A DNA stretch of 64,000 bases from Histomonas meleagridis 2922-C6/04-290x (GCA_020184695.1 JAANOX010000106.1:39213-103212), one strand, 5' to 3'. Shown: positions 10,140-21,990, numbered from the stretch's first letter. Numbers and translations: made by a program. Notes: generated from the letters alone by a model not told the origin.

Positions 10140-11292
10140 TTAAAAATAAAGATTTGATTTTGTAGAAGAGGAATCTGAATTAGAATTTTCGTTTGTACTT
10201 TTTTCAAGGAGTAAACTTACTATTTCTGTGTAACCTAATTGTTGTGCAATTTGAAGTGCTGTTTCAAATTAGTAAAACATATTTCAAATTATTAAAACAT
10301 ATTCCAAATTATTAAAACATATTCCAAATTATTAAAGCATATTCCAAATTATTAAAACATATTAAAAACTATTAAAATATATTCCAAATTATTAAAACAT
10401 ATTACAAATTATTAAAACATATTCTAAATTATTAAAACATATTCTAAATTATTAAAACATATATAAAATTAATAAAACATATTCCAAATTATTAAAACAT
10501 ATTATAAATTATTCAAATGAATATATTTTGCATTAACATCAATTCCTTTATCTAAAAGTAATTTTACTATTTCTATATTATTATTTCTAACTGCTATATG
10601 AAGTGCTGTTTCAAATTAGTAAAACATATTTCAAATTATTAAAACATATTCTAAATTATTAAAACATATTACAAATTATTAAAACATATTCTAAATTATT
10701 AAAACATATATAAAATTATTAAAACATATTCCAAATTATTAAAACATATTATAAATTATTCAAATGAATATATTTTGCATTAACATCAATTCCTTCTTTA
10801 TCTAAAAGTAATTTTACTATTTCTATATTATTATTTCTAACTGCTATATGAAGTGCTGTTTCAAATTAGTAAAACATATTTCAAATTATTAAAACATATT
10901 CTAAATTATTAAAACATATTACAAATTATTAAAACATATTCCAAATTATTAAAACATATTCTAAATTATTAAAACATATATAAAATTAATAAAACATATT
11001 TTAAATTATTAAAACATATTTTAAATTATTCAAATGAATATATTTTGCATTAACATCAATTCCTTCTTTATCTAAAAGTAATTTTACTATTTCTATATTA
11101 TTATTTCTAACTGCTATATGAAGTGCTGTTTCAAATTATTAAAACATATTCTAAATTTTTAAAATATATTTCAAATTATTAAAATATATTACAAATTATT
11201 AAAACATATTCCAAATTATTAAAGCATATTAAAAACTATTAAAACATATTCCAAATTATTAAAACATATTTCAAATTATTCAAATGGATAAT
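10140..11292 (-). repeat. Ankyrin locus B: 4 ankyrin modules separated by tandem arrays of a 20-nt unit (17-nt ATATGTTTTAATAATTT plus a variable triplet)
   Basis: Modules at 11129-11043, 10859-10773 and 10609-10526 (TALHIAVRNNNIEIVKLLLDK(E)GIDVNAK), plus terminal module 10262-10140 (TALQIAQQLGYTEIVSLLLEKSTNENSNSDSSSTKSNLYF*). Spacers are 163, 183, 163 and 263 nt, i.e. 3+20n with n=8, 9, 8, 13. Confidence 0.92.
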
Positions 11293-12578
11293 TTTTGCAT
11301 TAACATCAATTCCTTTTTGTTCAAAAACATATTTCACAAGTTCAATATTTACTGATTCTGAAGCAAATGGCAAAATATCTTTTGGAATGTGATTGTTTTG
11401 AAGGAAGCATTTAACGAGATATAAATTTCCATTTCTTGCTGATTCGTTTATATTATTAGCATTAACATTAATTCCTTTTTCTTCCAAAAATGCTAAAATT
11501 TCATAATTATCCTTTTTAATACAAAAACTTACTAAATCATAAGTTTTATCTTCAGACATTTTTGGTATTGATTGTGTTTTTTCTAAATTATTTTCATAAA
11601 GATATTTAAAGATATCATTTTGATGAAATTCAATTGCTGTTTCATATGCACCTTCAAATGATGAATGATTTTGCTCACATAAATGAATGATTTCTTCATT
11701 TCCACCTGCAACTGCATATATACCTGTGTTATTTACATTTGCATTATTCATAAGTAAATATTTAAAACAATTAATTGATCCAAAGAATGCTGCATAATCA
11801 ATTAATGTAACATTTTCTTGATTAATAAATGAACATCTTTCATATAGTGATGGCTCAATTGTTTGATTAAAATCAAAGTTTGTTTGTGATGATATTTCTT
11901 GAAGTTTTTCGATTTCATCATTTCGAATTATTTTCGCAATTTCTCTTGGATTAACTCCTTCTTTAATATATTTCTTATGAAGTTCCCAATCATTCTTTGA
12001 AAGTTCTTCATAATGATCCAAAAAGTATTTTTCTATTGTATCATTTCCATTAAACCCAAATGAAAAATGGTTTTGGTTTTCTTCTTTTGGTTTATAATGT
12101 GCAAAATATTTTGAATTAATGTTTTTAGTGATATTTTTATCAATTAAATTTTGTTCAATCATTTGTTCGATTAAATAATATGATTCTTGTGTGTTAATTT
12201 TAGATATACGTTTGATAAAAATTGGTATTAATTTAACTATGTTTTGATTAATTTCTTCTTCTTTCATTATGGAAGTGTCTTTAAAAAATTTAAGAAAATA
12301 TCAAATACACGCTTTTTTGATGAAAATGCATTATAAGCGATGCTACTTACAATAGTATTATATGTGTAGGAATAATTTGAATCGAATAATTCCAATATTT
12401 TTTTAACTGACACCTGGAATTTTTCTTCAGTTAAACCGAATATAGTTTTCTCAAGCTCAATTAGGAATTTCATGCAGGTTGACAGATCACCCAACTGTTG
12501 GTCTCCTATGTTTATGGCAGTATCATCATTAGTCATGTGCTTTAGCGAAATAATAAACCGGTTCAAATAATTCGACAT
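11239..12578 (-). CDS. DUF3447 plus ankyrin repeat protein (5' part of locus B), with one frameshift near 12270
   Basis: ATG at 12578 (MSNYLNRF...). The N-terminus aligns with locus A (GDQQLGDL vs GDELGEL; NTQESYYL in both). DUF3447 motif TLIDYAAFFGSINCFKYLL...AVAGGNEEIIHLCEQ. The two track ORFs join with a 1-nt shift in an A/T run. Confidence 0.75.
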
Positions 12579-13074
12579 TACGATAGATTGAAAATTGACA
12601 TGAATTTTTGTAAACAATTGGATTTGAATGGAAAACGTTTGAAGGAACACATTCGAACAAACTACTCAATTAAATTTTTGTCACTTTTTATCTGCCAACA
12701 ACAAAAAAACATTTTTAATTAGAATAGACTACTGTAGTCATGATTATATTAGTAATTATTGTTTTGTTAATGAGAAACAAAAAGCATAAGAATATTGAAG
12801 AAGATGACGAAGTGAAAGTAATAGATTGGAATCGCGATATTTCAATGAATAATTCAACAACAATTTCTACAAAAAAACATTGAAGAAGATAATAATATTT
12901 CTGCAAACTTATAAGTTTTGTAAGTAAATTCTGAATTGAATCCTAAAACAAATCTCACAGGTTAGCAGTGATATTACATAAAAAACACAACATATCTCAT
13001 GATAAAAATTTTATTCAACTAATAAATTTAAGTTTTACCGATTTTTACTTAATTAATAATCAAATATTTATATG

Positions 13075-14512
13075 CTAAACATGATTAATGAATTTTTCTT
13101 CTTTAAAATCATCAGCAAATGGATCTTCATCAATATTATTTGTTGATGTTCCCATTGCAAATTTATTTTCTTTTTCATTTTGATTTTCTTCGAAACTTTT
13201 TGCTTCTTGTTCATTATTTATTTGTTTCTTATTATGAATTCGCACCAAAACTATGATAAGTATTGCAATTATTATAATAACGACAACTACAACGCAAACA
13301 CTTGTATTTATAATTGTGTTTTTATTATCATCTTTAATATTTTCATTTTGATATATAATTGTAAAGAAATTACTATGATAAGTAGAATATAAAACAACAG
13401 TATATTCTTAATAAATAAATTCACTCAAAACATATGTTAATTCAGAATTAAAAATAGAAACAGAAAATCAATTCGAATAAGTCGATTTATAAATACTTAT
13501 TGTTTGAGTAGTAGATAATGATTGTGTTAATGTTATTGTCTTCGAATATGAAAAAGTAATTGAATTTGTTACAACAAATGAAATTTCATATGAATTTGTA
13601 AATGCATTAGATTTAATATATGCATTTGATTTCATTGATGTATTAGACTTGGTAAATGTGTTTGAGTATGTGAACGATTGCGTTGGTGGGAGACATTCAT
13701 CAATGACTTGCATTTATACCGCAGAATGTTTGGCCCCTATATGAATCGATTGTTATGACACTTCTGATTAAATTATTATTATCAAATACATTCGATGTAT
13801 TCGTTGGTACTGTTTCGCCATAATAAAAAATACATGTGAGATTGCAGCATGATGCAAATGCATTGCTTCCAACTGATGTTATATTGCATGAAATTTCGAT
13901 GTTCTTCAATGAGATACAATTAGAGAATGCATTAACACCAATTGCAGTGACATTTATTGGGAATGTATATGTTTCGTTTGTGATCCCGCATGGATAACAA
14001 ATAATTTTAGTGACGTTTTTATTATATAAAATCCCATCTTCATTATAATTGGAATAATTTGAGTTTTCGCCGGAAACTTTAATCATTTAAAGTTTGGAAC
14101 AAAATGCGAATACAGAATTTCCAATTTCTGTTACTTTGTTTGGAATTGTAATATTTACCAACGACGTTCAATTATAAAATGCATTATTTCCAATTCTTTC
14201 CACATTTTCTCCAATAAAAACTATTTCCAAACTAGAACATGGTGTAAATGTAGAATTTGCAATTGCAGTGATTGATTGAATCATTTTGGCACTTTCCAAA
14301 TTATTCTACTCATAAAAACATTCATCTTCAATTTCAGTGATGTAACCTCCAATAATAAGATTAATTGTTTCCTTTCTATATAACATTCTACTATCATAAT
14401 CTGTTGAATTGGAAATAGAAAGTATTTTAGTTGAATTATCAAAAGTTGAGAATCTATTTGCGAACAATAAAACAAAAAACACTAAAAACAAATTAATGTT
14501 TTTAGGTAGCAA
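13075..14512 (-). pseudogene. BspA-like (TpLRR) surface protein pseudogene with S/T-rich stalk, TM helix and DPF tail
   Basis: LRR units (ITEIEDECFYE*NNL, VERIGNNAFYN*TSLVNITIP, VTEIGNSVFAFCSKL*, VTAIGVNAFSNCISLKNIEI) are read through three in-frame stops. Frameshifts precede DECLPPTQSF and the TM. The tail ends IDEDPFADDFKEEKFINHV*. Confidence 0.8.
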
Positions 14513-14892
14513 AAAGTTTTTGATAAATGAAATTTAATCAAAAACACAATAAATGTTATCATTTCTAAAAAATGAAAAATTACTTTCATTTAATAAAAAA
14601 ATTTAATGAATTTTTGCCCAAAAAATGAAAATTTCATTTTTTGTTTGTGTTGATAATAATATGTTTTTTGATCTCGTAAGGTCAATAAAGTTTGTTTGGT
14701 AAGTCGATACACAAAAAATATCTTTGCCTCGAGGCATATTTAAACATAACAAAGCCATGAGATATATTATATTATTATGCAATATTAAAACTTTTTATTA
14801 ATGAAATCTTTGTCTGGTAATTACAAATAAACACCTCATTCGATGTTTATCGAAAAGTTAACAATATATTGCTGTTTATTTTACTTATAATA

Positions 14893-17800
14893 TTATAAAT
14901 CAATACTTAAAACATATTGATTATGATTTGGTTTTTCTTTTAACATATGTCCATATTTCTCGCCCATTATCTGTTTCGTGTTTTCGTCCACAGTAATTTC
15001 ATTTTTCTCTGTCGTTGTTAACATTAAAATGACGTCGTTAATTACTGATCCAAAACATTGTACTTGTTTGCAACCACCAGAAACAACAGTTGCACAAAGC
15101 AAAGGTCCACCAGTAAACAAAGCCATCTTAAATCCACTACCAATTATTTCTGCGGATTCTATAGTAAAATCAACAATCGATTTCAAATTTTGTTCAGCAT
15201 TTTCTTGATCGATAACACCAGAAGCGAATATTGCAGTATCATGGATAAAGTTTACCTTCACCAAATTCGGGTATTTTAATGCAAGGTCATGAATTCTTTT
15301 ATAACCTTCTTCACTAATATTAATCGTTTCTTCATCGTAAACGTTCAACAGATTTTGAATGGCGACGACGGTTACGGTTTTCACTGTGAAGTTGATTTCT
15401 TCATTTTGATGTTTTTCGACCAGATTTTTGGGTATTAATTGTTCTTCCATTTCTTGACAAGTTTCTTTCAGCTTATTAATTCTTTTAGTTTCTTCAGCGT
15501 TTGATTTTTGTTTAGTGAACGAAATTATAAAGTTAGAGAACTTATTATGTTTCTTATCAATTACAGGGAAAACATTTGCATAAGTTGAAACCAAATCTCC
15601 ATTACTATTAATAACATTTACAGGATAACTACATTGCATTTCATTATTTGTTTGGAACATAGTTTTAATCTTATCATACATATGAAAAGCGCCTTGTTCT
15701 TCAATAGACATTTCAGTATCATCTTGATTTGGGTTTTCTATTACAAGTGTTAATTTATGACCAACAATTTGTTCACTTAAATAATCGAAAGTTTTTTGGA
15801 ACATTTGATTACAAGACTCAATAATATAACCTTCTCCTATACATATTATAGGGATTTCTGTTGAATTAAAAGTAATTTCACCAGTATCTAAAATTTCATC
15901 TTTACCATTAGTTTTTACGGATAATAATAAATTCTTTAATTCTGGTGTCTCTGCTATAGCTGGTGGAGGTAAATGTCTAATTAAAATCAAAACAGAATTT
16001 AATGTGTTTTGGAATCGATTTTCAATTGATAAATTTAAGAACCATAAAATAATTACAAATATTAATACTGTCAAAAGTATTAAAATGAAAGTTAATCGAA
16101 TAGTAGTTATATAATTATTAAAATAATTTGATAACATCGAAGCAGAACTTGTAAAACCTCGATGAAGTTCAGCTATAGCTAAATGTAATAGACTTATATA
16201 ATTTTGTGTTAAGAAATTAGAAGTATCATCATTAATAATAATTTTAGCATAAGATAAATATAAATCAAATAAATGTTCAAGTGAATTACAAGTGAAATAT
16301 AAATGAATATTATCTGAATCAGTAGAACTACATTGGAAATCTAAATGTAAACTTTCGATTTCTGATACAATCGAATAAATTCCACTTGAAAATTTGGAAT
16401 GAAATTCAGTAAATTGATTTGAATAATCATTAACTAAATTAATTAAATCTTCATCAGTAACTGTTGAAAATGATATCGAATTTATTTTATTATACATTTT
16501 AATTTGGACAAAACTTAATATTTCAGTAATTATTGATTCTCGATAAGATCCATATATCGCTAAGTTAATGATATTCATAGATTTGTTTAATTCACTTCGA
16601 GTAATTATTACAGTAATTACAAATAATACAAAGAATAATGCAAAGATAATACCAAATGCTATCATATAACCAATTAAATTACCTCTGTTCTTACTAATTC
16701 GTGATTTGTTTTTAGTATTCGATTCATCATTTTCATAACATATTGGTTTAGATGCAGAATCTTTATATTCTGTTGATAATGTATCAATAGCATTAAAGAA
16801 TTTCTTTGTTGCACTATAAACTATATAAAACTGGATTAAACAAACAGGTAAAGCTATAAGATAAGCATAACATCCTAATATAATTATTATAATGTTTGAA
16901 TAACTTGATAATTCCCTATTATACATTTCAGGCGCACTCATTAAATCATCAATAATATAAATAGTTTCTCGATTCATACTTTCTTGTGAAGTTAATATTA
17001 CTTCGAAATTATAATCATCAACAATATCTAATTGATATACATTAGTATAATCCCAAAATATATTTAAGAATGCATTCCGTAATGATATATTTACTCCTAC
17101 TTTAGATATATTATTTAAAGTTAAAGCATCTAATACACCAAATAAATCATCGCCTTCTAAAAAGTATTTTGTTAATGAAGAATATATTAAATTATTATTA
17201 TTAATAATTATATCACTCCAATATTCATAAGATGATTTATAATCATTTAAATCAATTGCTAAATTATCTTCATTTATTGCTTCTTCTGTTAATAAATTAA
17301 CATAATCATCCATTGTAAATAATATATTTGTTAAATTTGCATTCTTCAAATATATTATATTCTTTAAATATGATAAACCTGTTTTAATATTAGCTATAGC
17401 ATCATTTCGTTCATAAGAACCTATCATACCTTTTAATATTGTAGTTGCTACGAATATTAATACTATACAAACTATGATCCATACTATGAATATAATAATT
17501 TTTAATATCTTAAAGATATTATAATAATTTGGTGTATAATTCTTTGTAGCCTTTTCTAAATTATAACGTAATCGTGGCATTGAAAATAACTTAGAAGCTA
17601 TAGTTAATGATTCACCATTACCAATTTCTTCTGCTAATTTTTGTTGTACACTTTCCATAAAAGTTGTATGTGTAGTCGATGTAGACATTATTGTAGATAA
17701 TATACTATCAACATCAGCTTTCTCTAATAAGTTCCCATTTTTATCAACAATTTTCTCATAATAAATACGTGGATTTAAGATAACAAATGAATGGAATAAT

Positions 17801-19437
17801 TCATCATTACCTCCACGATAACCTTTGTTAAGTAATTTACTTTTCATGTTCCAATAGACACCTTTTTCATATTTACCCAAACATTCAATTAAAAATCGTG
17901 AATACATTTGAGCTAATCGTGGATCACTTGGATAATGTTTAAGGATTTCTTTCCATTTAATTTTAAGACTTTTTAAGTTCGTATATAAAAATGTTAATGT
18001 GGATGGATTTAATATGTTTTCTCCATCTGCAATTTCTTTCCAAAATTGTCGTACAATATCAATTGAATTATTAGTTTCGATTTCCATTTCATTTATAAGT
18101 TGTGTCATTCCAACTGTTTCAAATGTTTCACGATTTTGTTGGATATGAATTAAACGATTCCGTAATAACTTTAATAATAATCCAGGAGATGCATTAATCG
18201 ATAATGCGTCAATACATTCTTGTAATTGGATTCGATTCGATGGTATAATAGCAATTAATGCGGCTGATTTGGCCCATAACATATCATTCTTCATTTGCTT
18301 ACAGATTTGGATGGGTATAATACCATTAATAACTTTCATGTGTAAATTAGAAAATCCAACATGAATAATGGAATTGGCTTGAAATAAAGACGTAACTTTA
18401 ATGTTCTCTTCTTCTTCATTTAATAAGTTTAATATCTTTTGTGACTTTTTCCCAAAAAAGATTCGATAGAATATGAACGATACATTAGCAATAAAAAATG
18501 CAATGATTATTTTGATGTAATCCGGAATGTGCACATACAAAGCAATGATATTGATGACATTATACCCAATAATCGATGTCGGAATTGACGCAAATAATGA
18601 ATTGTTAAAAAGGCTCAGAAATGGAAATGAGAGAACATAATACAAAGAAATGATCGCCCCAAAGTCTTGGAAGATGATTATGATGATTTTGAACCAACTT
18701 TCAAAAAATACTGAAAATCCATTTCCTAATATAACAATGCCAGAACAAATATATAGGTAAGTAAAACATGAGCTGTCATAAGGATTAAGATGTGAACTGG
18801 GTGTAAGTGACCCATTGAATATTTGTGTGGTATAATATACTAATAAGATACTGATGACTAAACATGGAATAAAAATTATAAAAAATGCTATGGCAATTGG
18901 GTTTTTCTCGGGTAATGATGAGAATGTGGAAGTGAACGCAAATGTTAATGGAATTACTTGGAATAATAAAACAATGTGACAAAAGAATTTAAGAAAAAAA
19001 CTCATTATTGGCTTCAACGTGCCTTTAAGTTTCACCCAAAAATATATAAATATTATGTATACTAACATTACAATAAAAATACAAAATGGAACTAATAGTC
19101 TTACAATGCTAAGGTTGTTTTCAGGGCCATATTGATAAAGTGCAAAAAAATCAAAATAGAACAAAATTCGACCAATTATATTATCTGAACTGAAAAAACC
19201 TGGAAAAGTTGCCCAAGGTATTAAAGGAATAAATTGTAAGATAACAACTATAGCTTTTAAGATCATAAGATATTTGTCTTCAGCACTTGGTGCAACCAGT
19301 TGATCAAATAATAACGATAATGTAAAAAAGGAATCCTTCTTTTGTGTAGTTTCAAGGTCAACTTCACTTATCAATGTGTTCATTTCTGAGAATGAAGTCT
19401 GTGCTAGAATAGAACCTTCTGGTGATTGAACCTTCAT
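14893..19437 (-). CDS. Parabasalid-type multi-TM adenylyl/guanylyl cyclase family protein with PAS domain; catalytic domain degenerate
   Basis: 1514 aa with N-terminal and central TM clusters. PAS-like IPIICIGEGYIIESCNQMFQKTFDY...IVGHKL, followed by EQLIPKNLV and a cyclase-shaped C-terminus (KVNFIHDTAIFASG; MALFTGGPLLCATV). Confidence 0.7.
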   Translation of the reverse strand: MKVQSPEGSILAQTSFSEMNTLISEVDLETTQKKDSFFTLSLLFDQLVAPSAEDKYLMILKAIVVILQFIPLIPWATFPGFFSSDNIIGRILFYFDFFALYQYGPENNLSIVRLLVPFCIFIVMLVYIIFIYFWVKLKGTLKPIMSFFLKFFCHIVLLFQVIPLTFAFTSTFSSLPEKNPIAIAFFIIFIPCLVISILLVYYTTQIFNGSLTPSSHLNPYDSSCFTYLYICSGIVILGNGFSVFFESWFKIIIIIFQDFGAIISLYYVLSFPFLSLFNNSLFASIPTSIIGYNVINIIALYVHIPDYIKIIIAFFIANVSFIFYRIFFGKKSQKILNLLNEEEENIKVTSLFQANSIIHVGFSNLHMKVINGIIPIQICKQMKNDMLWAKSAALIAIIPSNRIQLQECIDALSINASPGLLLKLLRNRLIHIQQNRETFETVGMTQLINEMEIETNNSIDIVRQFWKEIADGENILNPSTLTFLYTNLKSLKIKWKEILKHYPSDPRLAQMYSRFLIECLGKYEKGVYWNMKSKLLNKGYRGGNDELFHSFVILNPRIYYEKIVDKNGNLLEKADVDSILSTIMSTSTTHTTFMESVQQKLAEEIGNGESLTIASKLFSMPRLRYNLEKATKNYTPNYYNIFKILKIIIFIVWIIVCIVLIFVATTILKGMIGSYERNDAIANIKTGLSYLKNIIYLKNANLTNILFTMDDYVNLLTEEAINEDNLAIDLNDYKSSYEYWSDIIINNNNLIYSSLTKYFLEGDDLFGVLDALTLNNISKVGVNISLRNAFLNIFWDYTNVYQLDIVDDYNFEVILTSQESMNRETIYIIDDLMSAPEMYNRELSSYSNIIIIILGCYAYLIALPVCLIQFYIVYSATKKFFNAIDTLSTEYKDSASKPICYENDESNTKNKSRISKNRGNLIGYMIAFGIIFALFFVLFVITVIITRSELNKSMNIINLAIYGSYRESIITEILSFVQIKMYNKINSISFSTVTDEDLINLVNDYSNQFTEFHSKFSSGIYSIVSEIESLHLDFQCSSTDSDNIHLYFTCNSLEHLFDLYLSYAKIIINDDTSNFLTQNYISLLHLAIAELHRGFTSSASMLSNYFNNYITTIRLTFILILLTVLIFVIILWFLNLSIENRFQNTLNSVLILIRHLPPPAIAETPELKNLLLSVKTNGKDEILDTGEITFNSTEIPIICIGEGYIIESCNQMFQKTFDYLSEQIVGHKLTLVIENPNQDDTEMSIEEQGAFHMYDKIKTMFQTNNEMQCSYPVNVINSNGDLVSTYANVFPVIDKKHNKFSNFIISFTKQKSNAEETKRINKLKETCQEMEEQLIPKNLVEKHQNEEINFTVKTVTVVAIQNLLNVYDEETINISEEGYKRIHDLALKYPNLVKVNFIHDTAIFASGVIDQENAEQNLKSIVDFTIESAEIIGSGFKMALFTGGPLLCATVVSGGCKQVQCFGSVINDVILMLTTTEKNEITVDENTKQIMGEKYGHMLKEKPNHNQYVLSIDL

Positions 19438-19700
19438 TGAGTTACAATAACGTTTTTTCGTAATTTTACAGTTTTTCCATACAAAAATTTGTGATAAAGG
19501 TACTTTTCAATGGAATTGTTTGTGGGCTCATGATCGATCAATCTTGTGGTCTGGCTGCAATATTATAAAAACAAATCATTACATGTAATTTTCTATTAAA
19601 TGATAACATATTTTTGAATTTAAAAATGAGATATAGTTTTGATCAGAAAAGATTAAATTTTAACGAAAAAAAATACTTGTAAAGTTAAAAAAATGTTTAA

Positions 19701-20963
19701 TTAAACTTGTGCGTACATCATTAAAAGCTCAGAATCTTGTCTCCTCCTTTGACAGAAGAACTTGAATAAAATAACAGCTAACAAAATAATAACAACAACA
19801 ACAAGGATCACAACAATGATAGTTGTCGCAGAAGAACCACTTTTTTCAGGAGTAGAACTTGATGATGATTCATCAGATGAAGATGAAGAAGATGACGACG
19901 AAGATGATGATTCGGGTTCTGGAGTTGGCGTTGACGTTGGCATCAGCTGCCAGCAAAATTCAGATGGTCGATTCTCGATATCCAATGTTTCATCGCCATT
20001 TTCGAAAACGCAGTTACTGTTTATATACACATATGTGGGGAAAGTGTAATCAGTTCTCTTGTGGCTGAACTTGCAATTTGCAAACATTGCATATTTATTG
20101 ATAACATTCTTCGAGTTATCGTTAACAAAATAACAATAAGTGAAATCACTTTCTGTGTTACCGACATACAGAAGGTATTCGGTACCTTCGTTCTTGACGA
20201 AGTTAATTTTGGTGATTGCATCTGTAGATTTATAAATACAAAAAATGTTCTTGCATTTGCATTGTGAAAAAATCGAAAAGCTGATGGAATTTATGGTGTT
20301 TCCTTCAAAAATATGTTTTGCATTTGGAAGATTAATGTATGAATAATTACAAAATCTAACTTTGAGATTAGAACTTGAAAAATAGGTAACGGAATCACTG
20401 TCTTGAGAAACAGAGTTTGAGAAGTAAACATTTTCAACTGTTGCAGCGTTATTCAATGTTGTTTGGCGATAATATCCAAATGAGTGCGAGCTAGCACTAC
20501 AACCATCAACACATGAAAGTGTAAGCTCAAAGTTAGTGCATTGGATATAGAATGAGCCACCAAGACCTTCTGATTGACAATTTGTAAATCCGGATTTATC
20601 AATGTAAACGGAATAAGATGCTGAATTAACTTCAACAGCTCCACCATTAGCAGCAGAACGACAATTTATGAATAGGCATTTGGAAATACTAAGTGTACTA
20701 GTTAAATCGCGAAAAGATTTTCGTTCAGAAATTAATTGCCCTTCAATGTTTTCACTATCAATACGTATTGGGGTTGATAAAGAATTTTGAAATGTTGTAC
20801 TAGATATTTTTTTTAATGAATTAGAATTGAATACAGATGAATATAAAACGTTCGAAAAAAAAGAATTAAATATGGAATGCTTAATAAATATGTTTCTATT
20901 TGATGCCAAAAATGGACTTCTTGAAAGGCTTGTTCCTGCAAAATAGAGAATTGTCAGATTCAT
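19701..20963 (-). CDS. Pmp-like (pectin lyase-like beta-helix) type I membrane protein
   Basis: FINCRSAANGGAV and FTNCQSEGLGGSF (GGA/FxxN-like motifs), PTSTPTP plus poly-Ser stalk, TM IIVVILVVVVIILLAVILF, short basic tail. Confidence 0.65.
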   Translation of the reverse strand: MNLTILYFAGTSLSRSPFLASNRNIFIKHSIFNSFFSNVLYSSVFNSNSLKKISSTTFQNSLSTPIRIDSENIEGQLISERKSFRDLTSTLSISKCLFINCRSAANGGAVEVNSASYSVYIDKSGFTNCQSEGLGGSFYIQCTNFELTLSCVDGCSASSHSFGYYRQTTLNNAATVENVYFSNSVSQDSDSVTYFSSSNLKVRFCNYSYINLPNAKHIFEGNTINSISFSIFSQCKCKNIFCIYKSTDAITKINFVKNEGTEYLLYVGNTESDFTYCYFVNDNSKNVINKYAMFANCKFSHKRTDYTFPTYVYINSNCVFENGDETLDIENRPSEFCWQLMPTSTPTPEPESSSSSSSSSSSSDESSSSSTPEKSGSSATTIIVVILVVVVIILLAVILFKFFCQRRRQDSELLMMYAQV

Positions 20964-21366
20964 TAAAGAACTTGTTGAACAAATTCAAATTTTACTTGTA
21001 AAGTATATTGAATGTTTTATCAAGCGGTTCCACAGAACTTGTTTGACCATATATACATACAATTTCATCATTTTGGGATGTCTAGACAATTTCTTGAACT
21101 AGTCAAATTCAAAGTTTACATAATTTTTATATGCTTTACTTATGTGATTTGAACTAATATTTGGTCAAGAACCAAAATAAAAAGTGTATTTGTAAAGTTA
21201 TGAAATGTTATTGGAAAAAATTCATTTATCTTCTCTAATAAATAGAAGATTAAAAAAATTTCATCTGCATATCTTTAACATGAAGGAGTAAATAAAATTT
21301 GCAAATTTTTAAAGCTTATAATAGAATAATTTCTTCGTTCAAATTGACTAAAAAAAATTAACTGAT

Positions 21367-21645
21367 ATGTCAATTTCTAAACAGAAAATGAAATCTGCTT
21401 CAAAAGAAAACTATCGAGACGAAAACTCAAATATACAGATAGGCGAAAAGAAAATTTGTGCAAATGATTATTGGAAGCAAATTTCAGAATACAGTAGTCA
21501 ATATCTTCAATATAGAAATGAAATCAAATCTTTACAAAAAAAATCAAATTCTAGCTCTCCGCTACTGCTCTTTCTCATGGCCATCATTTTTGTTTTTGCC
21601 ATTGCTTTGAAATTTTTTGATATATCTTCTATTTATTCAAAATAA
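21367..21645 (+). CDS. Small tail-anchored hypothetical protein
   Basis: ATG-initiated 92-aa ORF with a short coiled segment and a C-terminal hydrophobic helix LLLFLMAIIFVFAIAL. Confidence 0.5.
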   Translation: MSISKQKMKSASKENYRDENSNIQIGEKKICANDYWKQISEYSSQYLQYRNEIKSLQKKSNSSSPLLLFLMAIIFVFAIALKFFDISSIYSK

Positions 21646-21990
21646 GCATTTATTTTCCATAATTTTCGATTAAAATTGCATTAATAAAGTAATAGATACT
21701 CTGTTTATGTTTTTTTTTCTAAAACAAATATTTAAAATAATTCGTTATTTGCCGTTTTTTCTTTTGTCTGCTTTAACTTTGGGAAACTTTTTACTGTTTT
21801 TGGGTAAATTTTATCTGCATTAAGATTAATCTTTCTCTGTATGTTTATAGTGTATGTTTTTCATGAAAAACAATGAATTATTTATTACTCAAATTTTGAA
21901 AATCTTTTTACCTAAAGTTTTAAAGAATTGTGAAATTAGATTTGACAAAAAATTCATATCTTAATAGTTAAAGTGTGCTAAAAAAAATAT

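Noticed and set aside
10263-11292. CRISPR-like array (constant repeat plus variable spacer)
   Set aside because: The variable part is only 3 nt, the context is eukaryotic, no cas genes are present, and the arrays sit inside ankyrin genes.
12265-12269. TAATG stop-start overlap as translational coupling
   Set aside because: The two ORFs are the N- and C-parts of one locus-A-like protein; a single missing base in the adjacent A/T run explains it more simply.
5253-14512. Stop-codon reassignment (TAA/TAG=Gln, TGA=Trp/Cys) to explain in-frame stops
   Set aside because: Conserved genes (RAD50, UGGT, kinase) have no internal stops and end at TAA. The disrupted genes also contain frameshifts.
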